A program made the position numbers and the translations under genes. DNA of 64,000 nucleotides, from contig DAOUKL010000030.1 in the NCBI GenBank assembly GCA_034421335.1, positions 8,753-72,752 on the forward strand, written 5' to 3'. Of this stretch, positions 20,734 through 31,289 are shown piece by piece. This DNA is from Dehalococcoidia bacterium. GTDB lineage: Bacteria > Chloroflexota > Dehalococcoidia > Lucifugimonadales > Australimonadaceae. Positions within the stretch are counted from its first letter, which is position 1, and each line of letters starts with the position of its first letter. The notes under the pieces were generated by a model. The model was given only the letters and a program-made list of their open reading frames with translations, did not search any database and was not told the origin of the DNA.

Positions 20734-21407
20734 GCCGCACGACCAGCTTCGACGCTGTCGTCTTCGACTACGACGACACGATCGCCGACACCATACCCGC
20801 CCGCATCGAGGCCACCCGCCTCGCTTTTGACGAAGCGGGCCTCGCCTGCGACGCGGCCCAATTCGTCCAGGCCACCCGCGGGATACCCCTCCAGACCGCC
20901 CTCGACGCCGTCGACGGCGGACGCGGTAAGCTCCTCGGCCTCACCGCCATCTACCGCCGCCACTACTGGGGCAAAGAGCCCGGCCTCATCCGGCTCTTCG
21001 ACGGCGTGCGCGACCTGCTGGACGCGCTCGCCGAACGCGCCGTTCCCCTCGGTATTCTCACCTCCAAGCTCCGCGACACTCCTATCGAGGGGCGTCGGGC
21101 CGGCGCTGTCGTCGAGCTCGAAGAGCTCGGAGTCGATGGGCGCTTTCCCTGCGTCGTCGGGTTCGAGGACGTCGCCAACGCCAAGCCTCACCCCGAGGGG
21201 CTTGAGCGTGTGATTGCCTGCCTCGGCGCCGACCCTGCCCGTACGCTTGTCGTCGGCGACAGCTGGGCCGACATGGAGGTTGCGCTGAACGGCGGCGCGA
21301 AAAGCTGCCTGGCGACCTGGGGGCTGGACGATCCCGCGGAGCAACTCGCCCGCGCCGTCCCCGATTTCACCATCAGCGCCCCCGCTCAGCTCCTCGACCT
21401 CCTCTGA
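20730..21407 (+). CDS. HAD-family hydrolase (phosphatase)
   Basis: VVFDYDDTIADT, TSK, KPHPEG, VGDSWADME; start at ATG 20730. Confidence 0.88.
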   Translation: MSRTTSFDAVVFDYDDTIADTIPARIEATRLAFDEAGLACDAAQFVQATRGIPLQTALDAVDGGRGKLLGLTAIYRRHYWGKEPGLIRLFDGVRDLLDALAERAVPLGILTSKLRDTPIEGRRAGAVVELEELGVDGRFPCVVGFEDVANAKPHPEGLERVIACLGADPARTLVVGDSWADMEVALNGGAKSCLATWGLDDPAEQLARAVPDFTISAPAQLLDLL

Positions 21408-21586
21408 CGGTCGGCTCGGATCCCCCTCGCGCGTTGGGCTGCGGGAATCCCGCCTGCGGGGGATTGATGGGCAGGGCGGACTGCGACATTTGCCTGTTGC
21501 GCGGTCGCGCAGGCGAAATGGACACTCTTTGGCGTCCGATCGCCACGGAACACGCGGAGCGGCGTGTGGTAAGATAGTAATAGGCA

Positions 21587-22678
21587 GTGGCGGCCAAGAG
21601 ACGAGGCCAAACAGTGTCTGATAAAGAAGTAGCCCTGGAACTCGCAGTCGGTCAGATCAAGCGCCAGTACGGCCCGGGAGCGATCATGCGCATGGGCGAA
21701 GTCTCCCAGCGCATGCAGGTAGAGGCCATTCCCACGGGCTCCATCGCCCTCGACCTGGCCCTCGGGGTTGGCGGCATCCCCCGCGGGCGCATCGTCGAAA
21801 TCTTCGGAGCGGAGTCCGCAGGCAAGTCCACCCTGTGCCATCACATCGCGGCGGAGGCCCAGCGCCTCGGCGGCGTCGCCGCATACATCGACGCCGAGCA
21901 CGCGATGGACCCGAGTTACGCGGCCCAGTGCGGCATGGACATCGACGCTCTTCTGGTGTCTCAGCCCGATTCCGGCGAACAGGCCCTCGAAATCGTCGAG
22001 GCCCTGGTCCGCAGCGGCGCCGTCGACGTGGTCATCGTCGACAGCGTCGCCGCGCTCGTGCCGCGGGCCGAGCTCGAAGGGGATATGGGCGACGCCCACG
22101 TCGGGCTGCAGGCGCGGCTCATGTCGCAGGCGTTGCGCAAGCTCACCGCCGTAACGAACCACTCCCGAACGGCCGTGGTGTTCGTCAACCAGCTGCGAGA
22201 GAAGGTGGGCGTCTTCTTTGGAAGCCCGGAGGTGACTCCCGGCGGGCGGGCGCTCAAGTTCTACAGCTCCGTCCGCATCGACCTGCGCCGTGTCGAGACC
22301 ATCAAGCAGCACGCCGACCCGGTCGGCGCCCGCGTGCGGGCGAAGATTGTCAAGAACAAGGTGGCTCCCCCCTTCCGACAGGTGGAGTTCGACATCATGT
22401 TCGGGTCCGGCATCAGCAAGGCGGGCGACTTGATCGATCTGGGCACGGAGATGCAGATCCTCCGCAAGGCCGGCGCGAACTACTCGTACGGCGAGACGCG
22501 CCTGGGCCAAGGACGCGAGAACGCCAAGGCGTTCCTCATCGAGCACCCGGAGATAGCGGCGCAGATCGAGGCCGAGGTCCGCGGGCGGGACTCCGCCCGG
22601 CAGGCGACCAACGGCCACAGCGGCGCCGGCATCCCGGAAACCGAGATCGGGGAGCCTGTCGGCCTCTCGGCGCAGTAG
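21587..22678 (+). CDS. recA: Recombinase RecA
   Basis: [55 protein letters not shown]; a TGgTAAGAT extended -10 lies at 21567-21575. Confidence 0.99.
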   Translation: MAAKRRGQTVSDKEVALELAVGQIKRQYGPGAIMRMGEVSQRMQVEAIPTGSIALDLALGVGGIPRGRIVEIFGAESAGKSTLCHHIAAEAQRLGGVAAYIDAEHAMDPSYAAQCGMDIDALLVSQPDSGEQALEIVEALVRSGAVDVVIVDSVAALVPRAELEGDMGDAHVGLQARLMSQALRKLTAVTNHSRTAVVFVNQLREKVGVFFGSPEVTPGGRALKFYSSVRIDLRRVETIKQHADPVGARVRAKIVKNKVAPPFRQVEFDIMFGSGISKAGDLIDLGTEMQILRKAGANYSYGETRLGQGRENAKAFLIEHPEIAAQIEAEVRGRDSARQATNGHSGAGIPETEIGEPVGLSAQ

Positions 22679-22958
22679 AGCCTGCGGAACAAGGCCTCGT
22701 CTCTTTCGGCCGCTGCCGCCCACGCCAACACGAAAGGCGGACGGCAGCCAATGCCAACGCGCGACAAACGCCCCATAGGGAGCAATCGGGCTGGCCCGCG
22801 TTCAGCGGACCGGCCCGTTGCGCTTGCCGCCGTGCGGCTCTCCCCCGAGACGGGAGGGCCGCCTCGGAGGGCGGGAAAGCGCAGATAGATGCGACCAGCT
22901 TGTCCGGTCCCCCTCGGACGGGGACGCGCGCGCAGGCTGAGTCTGAAAGGAGACGCTC

Positions 22959-24485
22959 ATGGAAGCGTTAGTGACAGTGGTGGTGGCGGCCGGCGGGGTC
23001 GCTCTCGGAATCCTGGGCGCTATCGTCGCCCGCAACATGACCCAGAACAGGAGGGTCGGACAGGCAAGGAACGAGGCCGATCAGATTCTCGGGGAGGCTG
23101 GCGAAGAGAAGAAGCGCCTGCTCCTCGAGGCCAAGGAGGAAGCGCTCAAGACCCGCCAGGAGATGGAGAACGAGCTGCGCGACCGCCGCCGTGAGGTTCA
23201 GCGCGCCGAGGACCGGCTCGCTTCCCGTGAGGAAAGCGTCGATAGTCGCCAGTCCGGCCTTGAAGTCCGTGAGCAGCGGCTTACCGAACGCGAGGAGGAG
23301 GTAGAGCAGGAGCATTCGGAGGTCGCGTCGCTCAAGAGCGAGCAGACCCGCCGCCTGGAGGAGGTCGCCAATCTCACGGAGCAGGAGGCGCGCGACCAGG
23401 TGATGCGCACGGCGGAGGACGACATGAAGCACGAACTCGCCAAGCGCTACTACGCCCTCGAACAGAAGATGCACTCGGAGGCTGACGAGAAGGCGAGGAA
23501 AGTCGTCGCCCTCTCCATTCAGCGGCTCGCCGCCGACGTCGTCAACGAGTCGACCACCTCGCAGGTTGCGCTCCCGAACGACGAGATGAAGGGTCGCCTG
23601 ATCGGACGCGAGGGGCGCAACATCCGCGCCATCGAGGCCGCCACGGGCGTCGACATCATCATCGACGACACGCCGGAGGCCGTGACGATTTCCTGCTTCG
23701 ACCCCATCCGGCGGGAGGTCGCCAAGATCGCGCTCACCAACCTGGTGGCCGACGGGCGCATCCATCCCGCGCGCATCGAAGAGGCCGTGACCAAGGCGCA
23801 GAAGGAGGTGGAGGAGACCATCGCCCGCTGCGGCGAACAGGCCGTCCTCGACGCCGGCGTGCGCGGTCTGAGCCCCGACCTCATCAAGCTCCTGGGACGG
23901 CTCCAGTACCGTTACAGCTACGGCGAGAACGTGCTCCAGCACTCCGTAGAGGTCGCCCGCATCGCCGGCATGCTCGCCGGCGAGATCGAGGCTGATGTCC
24001 AGACATCCAAGGCCGGCGGCCTCCTCCACGACATCGGCAAGGCGCTCACGCACGAGTTCGAGGGCACACACATCGAGCTCGGCGAGGAAGTCGCCCGGCG
24101 CTACAGCCTCTCCGCGGGGGTCACTGCCGCCATTAACGAGCACCACGACGACGACCGCGGTTCGGTCGAGGCCTTCATCGTCGCCGCCGCCGACGCCATC
24201 AGCGCCGCAAGGCCCGGCTCCCGCCGGGACACCGTCGAACTCTACTTGAAGCGGCTCGAAGCCCTCGAAGACGTCGCTAACAGTTTCGACGGCGTCCAGA
24301 AGTCCTACGCCATCCAGGCCGGGCGCGAGGTCCGCATCCTCGTCCAACCCGATCAGGTCGACGACGTGGAAGCCTCCGACCTCGCCCGGAAAGTGGTGCG
24401 CAAGATCGAAGAGAACCTCGTCTACCCCGGCGAAATCATGGTCACCGTCGTGCGCGAGACCCGCGTCACCGAAGTGGCCCGCTAG
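22959..24485 (+). CDS. rny: Ribonuclease Y
   Basis: N-terminal TM helix, coiled coil, KH domain (KGRLIGREGRNIR), HD domain (LLHDIGK), YAIQAGREVR. Confidence 0.97.
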   Translation: MEALVTVVVAAGGVALGILGAIVARNMTQNRRVGQARNEADQILGEAGEEKKRLLLEAKEEALKTRQEMENELRDRRREVQRAEDRLASREESVDSRQSGLEVREQRLTEREEEVEQEHSEVASLKSEQTRRLEEVANLTEQEARDQVMRTAEDDMKHELAKRYYALEQKMHSEADEKARKVVALSIQRLAADVVNESTTSQVALPNDEMKGRLIGREGRNIRAIEAATGVDIIIDDTPEAVTISCFDPIRREVAKIALTNLVADGRIHPARIEEAVTKAQKEVEETIARCGEQAVLDAGVRGLSPDLIKLLGRLQYRYSYGENVLQHSVEVARIAGMLAGEIEADVQTSKAGGLLHDIGKALTHEFEGTHIELGEEVARRYSLSAGVTAAINEHHDDDRGSVEAFIVAAADAISAARPGSRRDTVELYLKRLEALEDVANSFDGVQKSYAIQAGREVRILVQPDQVDDVEASDLARKVVRKIEENLVYPGEIMVTVVRETRVTEVAR

Positions 24486-24494
24486 GAGAGAGCC

Positions 24495-25277
24495 TTGCGC
24501 ATCCTCATGGTCGGCGACGTCGTCGGACGGCTCGGCCGTCGCGCCGTCAAACAAGTCCTGCCCGGGCTCCGCAGGGAGCTCGGGCTCGACTTCGTCGTCG
24601 TCAACGCCGAGAACGCCGCCGGAGGGTTCGGCCTCACCGCCGACACCGCCGACGAGCTGCTCGCCGCCGGCGCCGACGTGCTCACCGGAGGGAACCACAC
24701 CTTCGACAAGCAAGAGGTGATCTCCATCATGGATGGCGAACTGCCCATCCTGCGGCCCGCCAACTATCCGCCGGGGACCCCCGGACGCGGGCATCTGCGC
24801 GTCGGCCCAGTCGCCGTCATCAACCTGCAGGGGCGCGTTTTCATGCCCGAAGGACTGGACTCTCCCTTCGCCGTCGCGGACGCCATCCTCGACGAGGTAG
24901 CCGACTCGGCCCCGAAGGCCATCCTCATCGACTTCCACACGGAGGCCACCTCCGAGCAGGCCGCCTTGGCATGGCGTCTCGATGGCCGAGTCAGCGCCGT
25001 CGTCGGCACCCACACCCACGTCCCCACCGCCGACGCCCGGGTGCTTCCCGAAGGCACGGCGTTCGTCACCGACCTCGGCATGACCGGACCGCGCGACTCC
25101 ATCATCGGCAGCAAGATCGACGACGTTCTCTACCGCTTCCTCACGGCCATGCCCCGGCGGCTCAACATCGAGGAGCGGCGCGGCCCCGCGCAGTTCAACT
25201 CCCTCTTCATCGAGACCGACGACCTCACCGGGCTCGCCAGGCGGGTCGACCGCGTCGACCGCATCGCCGAGGCGTAA
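24495..25277 (+). CDS. TIGR00282/YmdB-family metallophosphoesterase
   Basis: GDVVG, NAENAAGG, TGGNHTFD, DFHTEATSE, VGTHTHVPTAD, TDLGMTGP; downstream of rny. Confidence 0.93.
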   Translation: MRILMVGDVVGRLGRRAVKQVLPGLRRELGLDFVVVNAENAAGGFGLTADTADELLAAGADVLTGGNHTFDKQEVISIMDGELPILRPANYPPGTPGRGHLRVGPVAVINLQGRVFMPEGLDSPFAVADAILDEVADSAPKAILIDFHTEATSEQAALAWRLDGRVSAVVGTHTHVPTADARVLPEGTAFVTDLGMTGPRDSIIGSKIDDVLYRFLTAMPRRLNIEERRGPAQFNSLFIETDDLTGLARRVDRVDRIAEA

Positions 25278-25284
25278 CCCCGTC

Positions 25285-26139
25285 ATGAAGATCGACCTGC
25301 ACATGCACTCGACGCTCTCTGATGGACGCCTCACGCCCACGGAGCTCGTCCGTCTGCTCGAACGCGAGCAGGTCGCCGTGGCGGCTCTCACCGACCACGA
25401 CTCCACCGAGGGCGTGGCGGAGGCGCTCGCCGCCGCCGAGCGCGTCCCCGGGTTGCGGGTGGTTTCCGGCATCGAGATCAGCGCCAGCCATCCCGATATC
25501 CCCAACGCTGAGGTGCACGTGCTCGGCTACTTCGTCGACCACCGCGACGAGGAACTCCAGCGTAGGCTGAGGGCCTTCCGCCAGGACCGCGACGTTCGCG
25601 GACGCAAAATGGCCGAACGCCTCGGCGCCCTCGGCTACCCACTCGATTGGGAGCGCGTGAAGGAGATCGCCGGCGACGCGGGCGTCGGACGCCCCCACAT
25701 CGCCCTCGCAATGGTCGAGCGGGGACACGTCGCCGAGTATCGCCAGGCCTTCGACGGCTTACTGAACGACGGCGGCGCCGCCTACGTCGGCCAGTCCCAT
25801 CTCACCGCGCCCGACGCCGCGGAGATGATCCACGCCGCAGGCGGCGCCGCCGTGCTCGCGCACCCGCTGTACGTCGCCGATTACCGGCGCATGATTCCGC
25901 GCCTCGTCGAGTGGGGTTTCGCGGGCATCGAGGCGCACTACGCCAAGTTCACGCTGGAGGAGCGCGAACAACTCCTCGCGCTCGCCGCCGAGCATGACCT
26001 GCTCCCCTGCGGGGGCAGCGACTTTCACGGCATCGACGCGCAGCGCGAGCAGCCGCCCGGCTCGACCGGTCCTCCGCCGGACGTGTTCGAGGAGCTCGAA
26101 CGCCGCGCCGGGGCACAGCAGGGCTCACGGCGAACATGA
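25285..26139 (+). CDS. PHP-domain metal-dependent phosphoesterase (TrpH/YciV-like)
   Basis: DLHMHSTLSDG, LTDHDS, GIEIS, GRPHIA, VLAHP, GGSDFHG. Confidence 0.92.
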   Translation: MKIDLHMHSTLSDGRLTPTELVRLLEREQVAVAALTDHDSTEGVAEALAAAERVPGLRVVSGIEISASHPDIPNAEVHVLGYFVDHRDEELQRRLRAFRQDRDVRGRKMAERLGALGYPLDWERVKEIAGDAGVGRPHIALAMVERGHVAEYRQAFDGLLNDGGAAYVGQSHLTAPDAAEMIHAAGGAAVLAHPLYVADYRRMIPRLVEWGFAGIEAHYAKFTLEEREQLLALAAEHDLLPCGGSDFHGIDAQREQPPGSTGPPPDVFEELERRAGAQQGSRRT

Positions 26140-26828
26140 GCGAGCCCGTTCTCGTCGCCCTGACCCTCGCCTACGCCTATCTGCTGGGGTCGGTGTCCAG
26201 CGCCTACCTCGTAGGGCGCCTCATCAAAGGGATCGACCTTCGGCGCGTCGGCACAGGGACCCTGGGCGCCTCCAACGTGTACTACAACGTCGGACGGTTC
26301 TGGATCGTGCCCGTCGGCGTTTTCGATCTCTTCGTCAAGGGCCTCACTCCTGCGTACCTCGCCATGTTGCTCGATCTCGATATCGCCGTGCAGGCCGCCG
26401 CGAGCATGCTCGTCATCGTCGGGCACAACTGGCCCCTCTACCTTGGCTTCAAGGGGGGACGCGGCGTCGCGCCGACGGTGGGAGTGCTCCTTGCTATGGG
26501 CCGGCTGGAGCTGGCGTACTTCATGGTGCTCGGCGCCGCCGGCTGGCAGTTCACCCGCGCCTCGGCGGTATGGGTGCTGCTCGCGTTCGCGTCGCTCCCG
26601 CTCGCGTCCCTCTACTTCCAGCGCCCCGCGCCGGTCGTCCTGCTCATGGTCGGCCTGCTGCTCGTAACGGTGGTCAAGAGGCTCACCGCGAACTCCGTCA
26701 GCGGCGCGTCGGACGACGCCGGAGGCGTGCTCCGTCTCCTCTACAACCGCCTCCTCTTCGACCGCGATATCGCCGATCACGGCGATTGGGTGCGCCGGAA
26801 CGCCAACGGCCCGGAGGCGCTGGAATGA
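26136..26828 (+). CDS. plsY: Glycerol-3-phosphate acyltransferase PlsY
   Basis: AYLLGSVS, GTGTLGASNV, GHNWPLYLGFKGGRGVA. Confidence 0.88.
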   Translation: MSEPVLVALTLAYAYLLGSVSSAYLVGRLIKGIDLRRVGTGTLGASNVYYNVGRFWIVPVGVFDLFVKGLTPAYLAMLLDLDIAVQAAASMLVIVGHNWPLYLGFKGGRGVAPTVGVLLAMGRLELAYFMVLGAAGWQFTRASAVWVLLAFASLPLASLYFQRPAPVVLLMVGLLLVTVVKRLTANSVSGASDDAGGVLRLLYNRLLFDRDIADHGDWVRRNANGPEALE

Positions 26829-27325
26829 CGGCGCTCGCGCATTGCCATTGGCATCCCGACCGCGAGACCGGCCTGCGCTGCAGCAGTTGCGGGCGCTCCG
26901 TTTGCGTCGAGTGCATGCGCCAGCACCCCGTCGGCGTCCGCTGCAGGGAGTGTATCAGCATTACCCAGTTGCCTATGTATCAGGCGACGCCGAGCTACAT
27001 TGCGCGCGGAGTCGGCGCCGCCGTCGGCCTGGGGCTCACCGGCGCGGTGGGGCTCGCTCTTGTCCTGGGCTTTTTCCCGGGCGCCGGATTCTTCTACATC
27101 CCGCTCATGATGGGCCTCGGCTACCTTCTGGGCGAAGGGGTCGGCGCGGCGGTCAACCGCCGGCGAGGCCGCCCGTACCAGTACGTCGCGCTGCTCGCGG
27201 TCGCGCTTGCCACGTCGCCCGTGTGGCTCTCCGCGGACTCCGCCGTCCTGAGCATCGGCGGACTCATCCGCCTTGGGGGCGTCGTCTGCGCCGCCCTCTT
27301 CGCCTGGCGACGGCTCGAACCCTAG
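26825..27325 (+). CDS. B-box-type zinc finger membrane protein
   Basis: CHWHPDRETGLRCSSCGRSVCVECM...CREC followed by hydrophobic helices; start at ATG 26825. Confidence 0.8.
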   Translation: MTALAHCHWHPDRETGLRCSSCGRSVCVECMRQHPVGVRCRECISITQLPMYQATPSYIARGVGAAVGLGLTGAVGLALVLGFFPGAGFFYIPLMMGLGYLLGEGVGAAVNRRRGRPYQYVALLAVALATSPVWLSADSAVLSIGGLIRLGGVVCAALFAWRRLEP

Positions 27326-27406
27326 CTATCCCCCTCTCCACAAGTGTGGGGAGGGCCGGAAGGGCCGGTGGACGCCCGCCGCCCTCCCTCCTACAATGGC
27401 ATCGGC

Positions 27407-27481
27407 GCGGGCGTAGCTCAGGGGTAGAGCATCTGCTTCCCAAGCAGAGGGTCGTGGGTTCGAATCCCATCGCCCGCTCCA
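27407..27481 (+). tRNA. tRNA-Gly (anticodon CCC)
   Basis: Acceptor GCGGGCG/CGCCCGC, anticodon arm TCTGC-TTCCCAA-GCAGA, GGTTCGAATCC, encoded CCA; TACAAT -10 just upstream. Confidence 0.97.
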
Positions 27482-27505
27482 GCAGGCATCCCTGGAGGAA
27501 CAGCC

Positions 27506-28633
27506 ATGACAACCTTCAACCCCGAAGCCCGGCCGGAGCAGGAACGCATCGTCAAGGTCGACGCCTATCGGGCGTTCCAGGCGCGGGAGGGCATACCCGT
27601 CGTCACCGGTTTCGCCGTCGACGACCTCCGCACCCTGGAGCTCGGCGACTGGGCCCGCCTCGATTGCCGTGGCGCCTACATCAACCTCGACGGCGCCGGC
27701 GACACGAACGACGCCTACGTCGCCGAGATACCGCCGGGCGGCAAGATGGCCCCCGAGCGCCACATCTTCGAGAAGAACATCTACGTCCTCGCCGGACGGG
27801 GCGCCACGCTCGTCGGCGACGACCCCAACAGCAGGGTCAGCTTCGAGTGGAAGAAGGGCAGCATCTTCTCCATCCCCATCAACGTCTGGCACCAGCACCT
27901 GAACGGCAGTGGCGCCGAGCCCGCCCGCTTCGTCGCCGTCACCACCGCCCCCATCACCCTGAACCTCTTCCACAACGAGGGCTTCATCTTTGACAACCCC
28001 TACGTCTTCGAGGACCGCATCGGCAACCCCAAGAGCTTCCAGGGCGAGGGGAAGATGTGGACCGCCACCACCGGACGCACCAACGCCTGGGAGACCAACT
28101 TCGTGCCTGACGTCGAGACGTTCACCACCTTCACCTGGGCGGAGCGCGGTGCCGGCGGAGCGCACATCAAATTCGAACTCGCAGACCAGACGCAGACCGC
28201 CCACATCTCCGAGTTTCCCGTGGGCACCTACAAGAAGGCGCACCGCCACGGCCCCGGCGCCCACGTCATCATTCTCAAGGGCGACGGCTACTCGCTGCTG
28301 TGGCCGTCGCACGGCAGCCCGCACGACGGCATGGAGCGCGTCGACTGGAAGCCCGGCTCCATGGTCGTTCCCCCGAACGGATGGTTCCACCAGCACTTCA
28401 ACGGGGGCGCCACGCCCGCGCGTTACCTCGCGTTCCGATGGGGCAGCCAGAAGCACTACTTCTCCCTCGGCGTCGCCATGGAGGGCGAGACCGACGTCGA
28501 CGTCAACCTCGGCGGCGGCCAGATCGAGTACGAGAACGAGGATCCCGTCATCCACGACATCTTCCTCGAGGCGCTGACCCGCACGGGCGCTGAGTCCCGC
28601 ATGGCCGAGTTCATCCCCCGCCTGCGGGGATAA
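27506..28633 (+). CDS. Bicupin (two cupin domains) protein, substrate unknown
   Basis: ERHIFEKNIYVLAGRG...WHQH and KAHRHGPGAH.IILKGDG...WFHQHFN. Confidence 0.8.
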   Translation: MTTFNPEARPEQERIVKVDAYRAFQAREGIPVVTGFAVDDLRTLELGDWARLDCRGAYINLDGAGDTNDAYVAEIPPGGKMAPERHIFEKNIYVLAGRGATLVGDDPNSRVSFEWKKGSIFSIPINVWHQHLNGSGAEPARFVAVTTAPITLNLFHNEGFIFDNPYVFEDRIGNPKSFQGEGKMWTATTGRTNAWETNFVPDVETFTTFTWAERGAGGAHIKFELADQTQTAHISEFPVGTYKKAHRHGPGAHVIILKGDGYSLLWPSHGSPHDGMERVDWKPGSMVVPPNGWFHQHFNGGATPARYLAFRWGSQKHYFSLGVAMEGETDVDVNLGGGQIEYENEDPVIHDIFLEALTRTGAESRMAEFIPRLRG

Positions 28634-28711
28634 CCGGCGGCTTTCGCGGCGCATGGACCGGACGCCTGCAGGGACGTGGGCAACGGCTTCGTCCGACGAA
28701 CGGGCGCAAGC

Positions 28712-29599
28712 ATGACCGCTCCCTTTCGCAGCGGGCTCGTCGCCATCGTGGGGCGCGCCAACGTAGGCAAGTCCACCCTGCTCAACGCGCTGATCGGCCA
28801 GAAAGTGTCCATCGTCAGCGCCAAGCCTCACACCACCCGGCACAAGCTGCTGGGAGTGCTCGCCGGCGACGGATTCCAGGCGGGATTGCTCGATACGCCG
28901 GGATTTCTGCGCAAGGGCCGCGACCAGCTCGACGCGGCCATGTCGCGCCAGCTGTCGTCGGCCTTGAGCGACGCGCACGTTGTGACGCTCGTCGCGGAGC
29001 CGCGCAACCCCGGTGACGTGGAGCAGGAGCTGATGCGCCAGATCAAGGCGTCCGGCGCGCCGTCCGTGCTCGCCCTGAACAAGATAGACGCCGTCGCCAA
29101 GCGACGCCTGCTTCCCGTCATCGCGCGCTACGCCGAAGCGCACGATTTCGCCGCCGTCGTGCCCATCAGCGGCCTCGCGAGCGACGGTCTCGACAGGCTC
29201 GTCGAGGCTATCCGCGACGCGCTGCCGGAGCGCAGCCCGCTTTTCCCCGACGAAATGCTCACCGACCGCCCGGTGCGGTTTCTCGCGGGGGAGGTAGTGC
29301 GCGAGAAAGTATTTCAGCTCTACGCTCACGAGGTCCCCTACGACGCTGTGGTCGAGGTCGACGAGTTCGAGGAGCGCGACGGCGACGCGCCCGACTACGT
29401 GCGGGCGGTCGTCTACGTCGACAAGCCGTCGCAGAAGCAACTGCTCATAGGGAAGGGCGGCGCCGCGCTCAAGGAGGTCGGGGTGCTAGCGCGCCCCGAG
29501 ATCGAGGCGTTGACGGGGCGTCCCGTGTACCTCGAGCTGTGGGTGAAGGTGAACCCGAAGTGGCGGCGCAAAGCCGGCTTCATCCAGCGCACGTTGTGA
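28712..29599 (+). CDS. era: GTPase Era
   Basis: GRANVGKSTLLN, TTR, DTPG, NKID, ISG; KH-like C-terminus (LIGKGG..LK); start at ATG 28712. Confidence 0.96.
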   Translation: MTAPFRSGLVAIVGRANVGKSTLLNALIGQKVSIVSAKPHTTRHKLLGVLAGDGFQAGLLDTPGFLRKGRDQLDAAMSRQLSSALSDAHVVTLVAEPRNPGDVEQELMRQIKASGAPSVLALNKIDAVAKRRLLPVIARYAEAHDFAAVVPISGLASDGLDRLVEAIRDALPERSPLFPDEMLTDRPVRFLAGEVVREKVFQLYAHEVPYDAVVEVDEFEERDGDAPDYVRAVVYVDKPSQKQLLIGKGGAALKEVGVLARPEIEALTGRPVYLELWVKVNPKWRRKAGFIQRTL

Positions 29600-29602
29600 G
29601 CC

Positions 29603-30064
29603 ATGGGCGCCCTCATCGTCTTCATTCTCGTGATGTTGGTCGTCGCGACTGCGGTGGCGGCGCCGTGGGCGTGGATGGGCGGCGACCGCCGGCGTGAGGC
29701 CGACGCGCTCGCCATGGGCTCCGCGCTGCTCGGCGGCGGCTGCGGGATCGTTGGGTTGGGCCTGGCCGTCTACTTCCACGCAGCGGGTGAAGGGTACGCG
29801 GAGACCACGGTGGCGCTCTTCGCATACTCGTCGCTGCTGCCCGTGCTGGGAGCGGTGGTGGGGCTGCACGCCGCGCTGCGAAGCCGGTCGCGGCTTGCGC
29901 GACGCGCGTTGCTTGTCGCCGCGTCCGTTCTCACGCTTGCGGGCGCGCCGATGGTCGTGGTGTTCTCGGTCGGCGGGATGCTGGCGTTCCTGGCCGCGCT
30001 GGGCTACCTGGCGGCGTTGTGCAGCCCCCGCGACGTCCTTCGCAAGCTCGACCCTCGGTTCTAG
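29603..30064 (+). CDS. Hypothetical membrane protein
   Basis: Four to five hydrophobic segments, 3 nt after era, typical codon usage. Confidence 0.65.
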   Translation: MGALIVFILVMLVVATAVAAPWAWMGGDRRREADALAMGSALLGGGCGIVGLGLAVYFHAAGEGYAETTVALFAYSSLLPVLGAVVGLHAALRSRSRLARRALLVAASVLTLAGAPMVVVFSVGGMLAFLAALGYLAALCSPRDVLRKLDPRF

Positions 30065-30162
30065 GTCCCAGGGGCGCTCCTGGTCGTGATGAGCCTGCCG
30101 GACCGCGAACCAGACCGGACGCGGCCACGAGACGGCTATACTCCCCGTAGGATGGGAGACGC

Positions 30163-31278
30163 ATGACGACCGACGACCGCCACCAGCGCTATATGCAGCG
30201 CGCCATCGACCTTGCGCGTTCGGCGAGAGGGACGACGAGCCCGAACCCGCCGGTGGGCGCGGTGCTCGTAAAGGACGGGCGCATCGTCGGCGAGGGCTAC
30301 ACGCTCCCGCCTGGTCAGGGCCACGCGGAGTTCATCGCCCTCGACATGGCCGGCGGCGACGCCCGGGGCGCCGACCTGTACGTAACGCTCGAACCGTGCG
30401 CTCATCACGGGCGCACGCCGCCGTGCGCCGACGCTCTCATAGCAGCGGGCGTCGCGTCCGCGCGCATCGCCGTCATGGACCCCGCGCCGCACACCGCCGG
30501 GCGCGGCGCACAGCGGTTGCGCGAGGCCGGCTTGAGCGTGATTGTCGACGACGGCCCTCCCGAGGCCTACCGGCTCATCGAGGCCTTCGCAAAGCACGTT
30601 GCGACCGGCCTGCCGTTCGTGACAGCCAAGTTCGCCATGAGCCTCGATGGCAAGATCGCGACGCGCACGGGCGATTCGCGCTGGATATCGAACGAGGCCT
30701 CCCGCCGGGAGGCGCACCGGCTGCGCGCCGAGGCCGATGCTGTGATGGTCGGCATCGGCACGGCGCTCGCCGACAACCCGCAACTGACGGCGCGGGACCT
30801 TCCGCTTGCCCAACCCGCCCCCTCGGATGAGGGGCAGCCGCTCCGCGTCGTGGTCGACAGCTCCGGGCGGCTTCCGGCAAGCGCGGCGATGCTGTCGGCG
30901 CCGGGGCGGACGCTCGTGGCGGTGGCCGGCGCCGAGGGCGCCAGGGCCGCGGGCGCGACCGGCGCCGACGTGTTCGAGGCTGGCGCAGGCGCCGACGGTC
31001 GCGTCGACCTCGCCTGTCTGCTGGCGGAACTGGGCGCGCGCGACGTGACCTCCGTGCTCGTCGAGGGCGGGGCGACGCTGCACGGCGCGTTGTTCGACGC
31101 CGGGCTCGTCGATAAGGTCGTGGCGTTCATCGCGCCGGTCGTCATCGGCGGCGCCGAGGCGCCGGGGTCGGTGGGCGGCCTCGGGCGCGAGCGCATCGCG
31201 GACGCCTTGCGGCTGACGGACGTCGAGCACGTGGAACTGGACGGCGACCTGATGATCGTGGGACGCCCGGCAGGGTGA
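30163..31278 (+). CDS. ribD: Riboflavin biosynthesis deaminase/reductase RibD
   Basis: PNPPVGAV, HAE, VTLEPCAHHGRTPPC, AMSLDGKIA, VLVEGG. Confidence 0.97.
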   Translation: MTTDDRHQRYMQRAIDLARSARGTTSPNPPVGAVLVKDGRIVGEGYTLPPGQGHAEFIALDMAGGDARGADLYVTLEPCAHHGRTPPCADALIAAGVASARIAVMDPAPHTAGRGAQRLREAGLSVIVDDGPPEAYRLIEAFAKHVATGLPFVTAKFAMSLDGKIATRTGDSRWISNEASRREAHRLRAEADAVMVGIGTALADNPQLTARDLPLAQPAPSDEGQPLRVVVDSSGRLPASAAMLSAPGRTLVAVAGAEGARAAGATGADVFEAGAGADGRVDLACLLAELGARDVTSVLVEGGATLHGALFDAGLVDKVVAFIAPVVIGGAEAPGSVGGLGRERIADALRLTDVEHVELDGDLMIVGRPAG

Positions 31279-31289
31279 AGGGGAGAGGC

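Noticed and set aside
21408-21586. LexA (SOS) box upstream of recA
   Set aside because: No GAAC-N4-GTTC or CTGT-N8-ACAG match found by eye
30065-30162. FMN riboswitch upstream of ribD
   Set aside because: The spacer is short and lacks the RFN conserved motifs; only a TATACT -10 and an SD are seen
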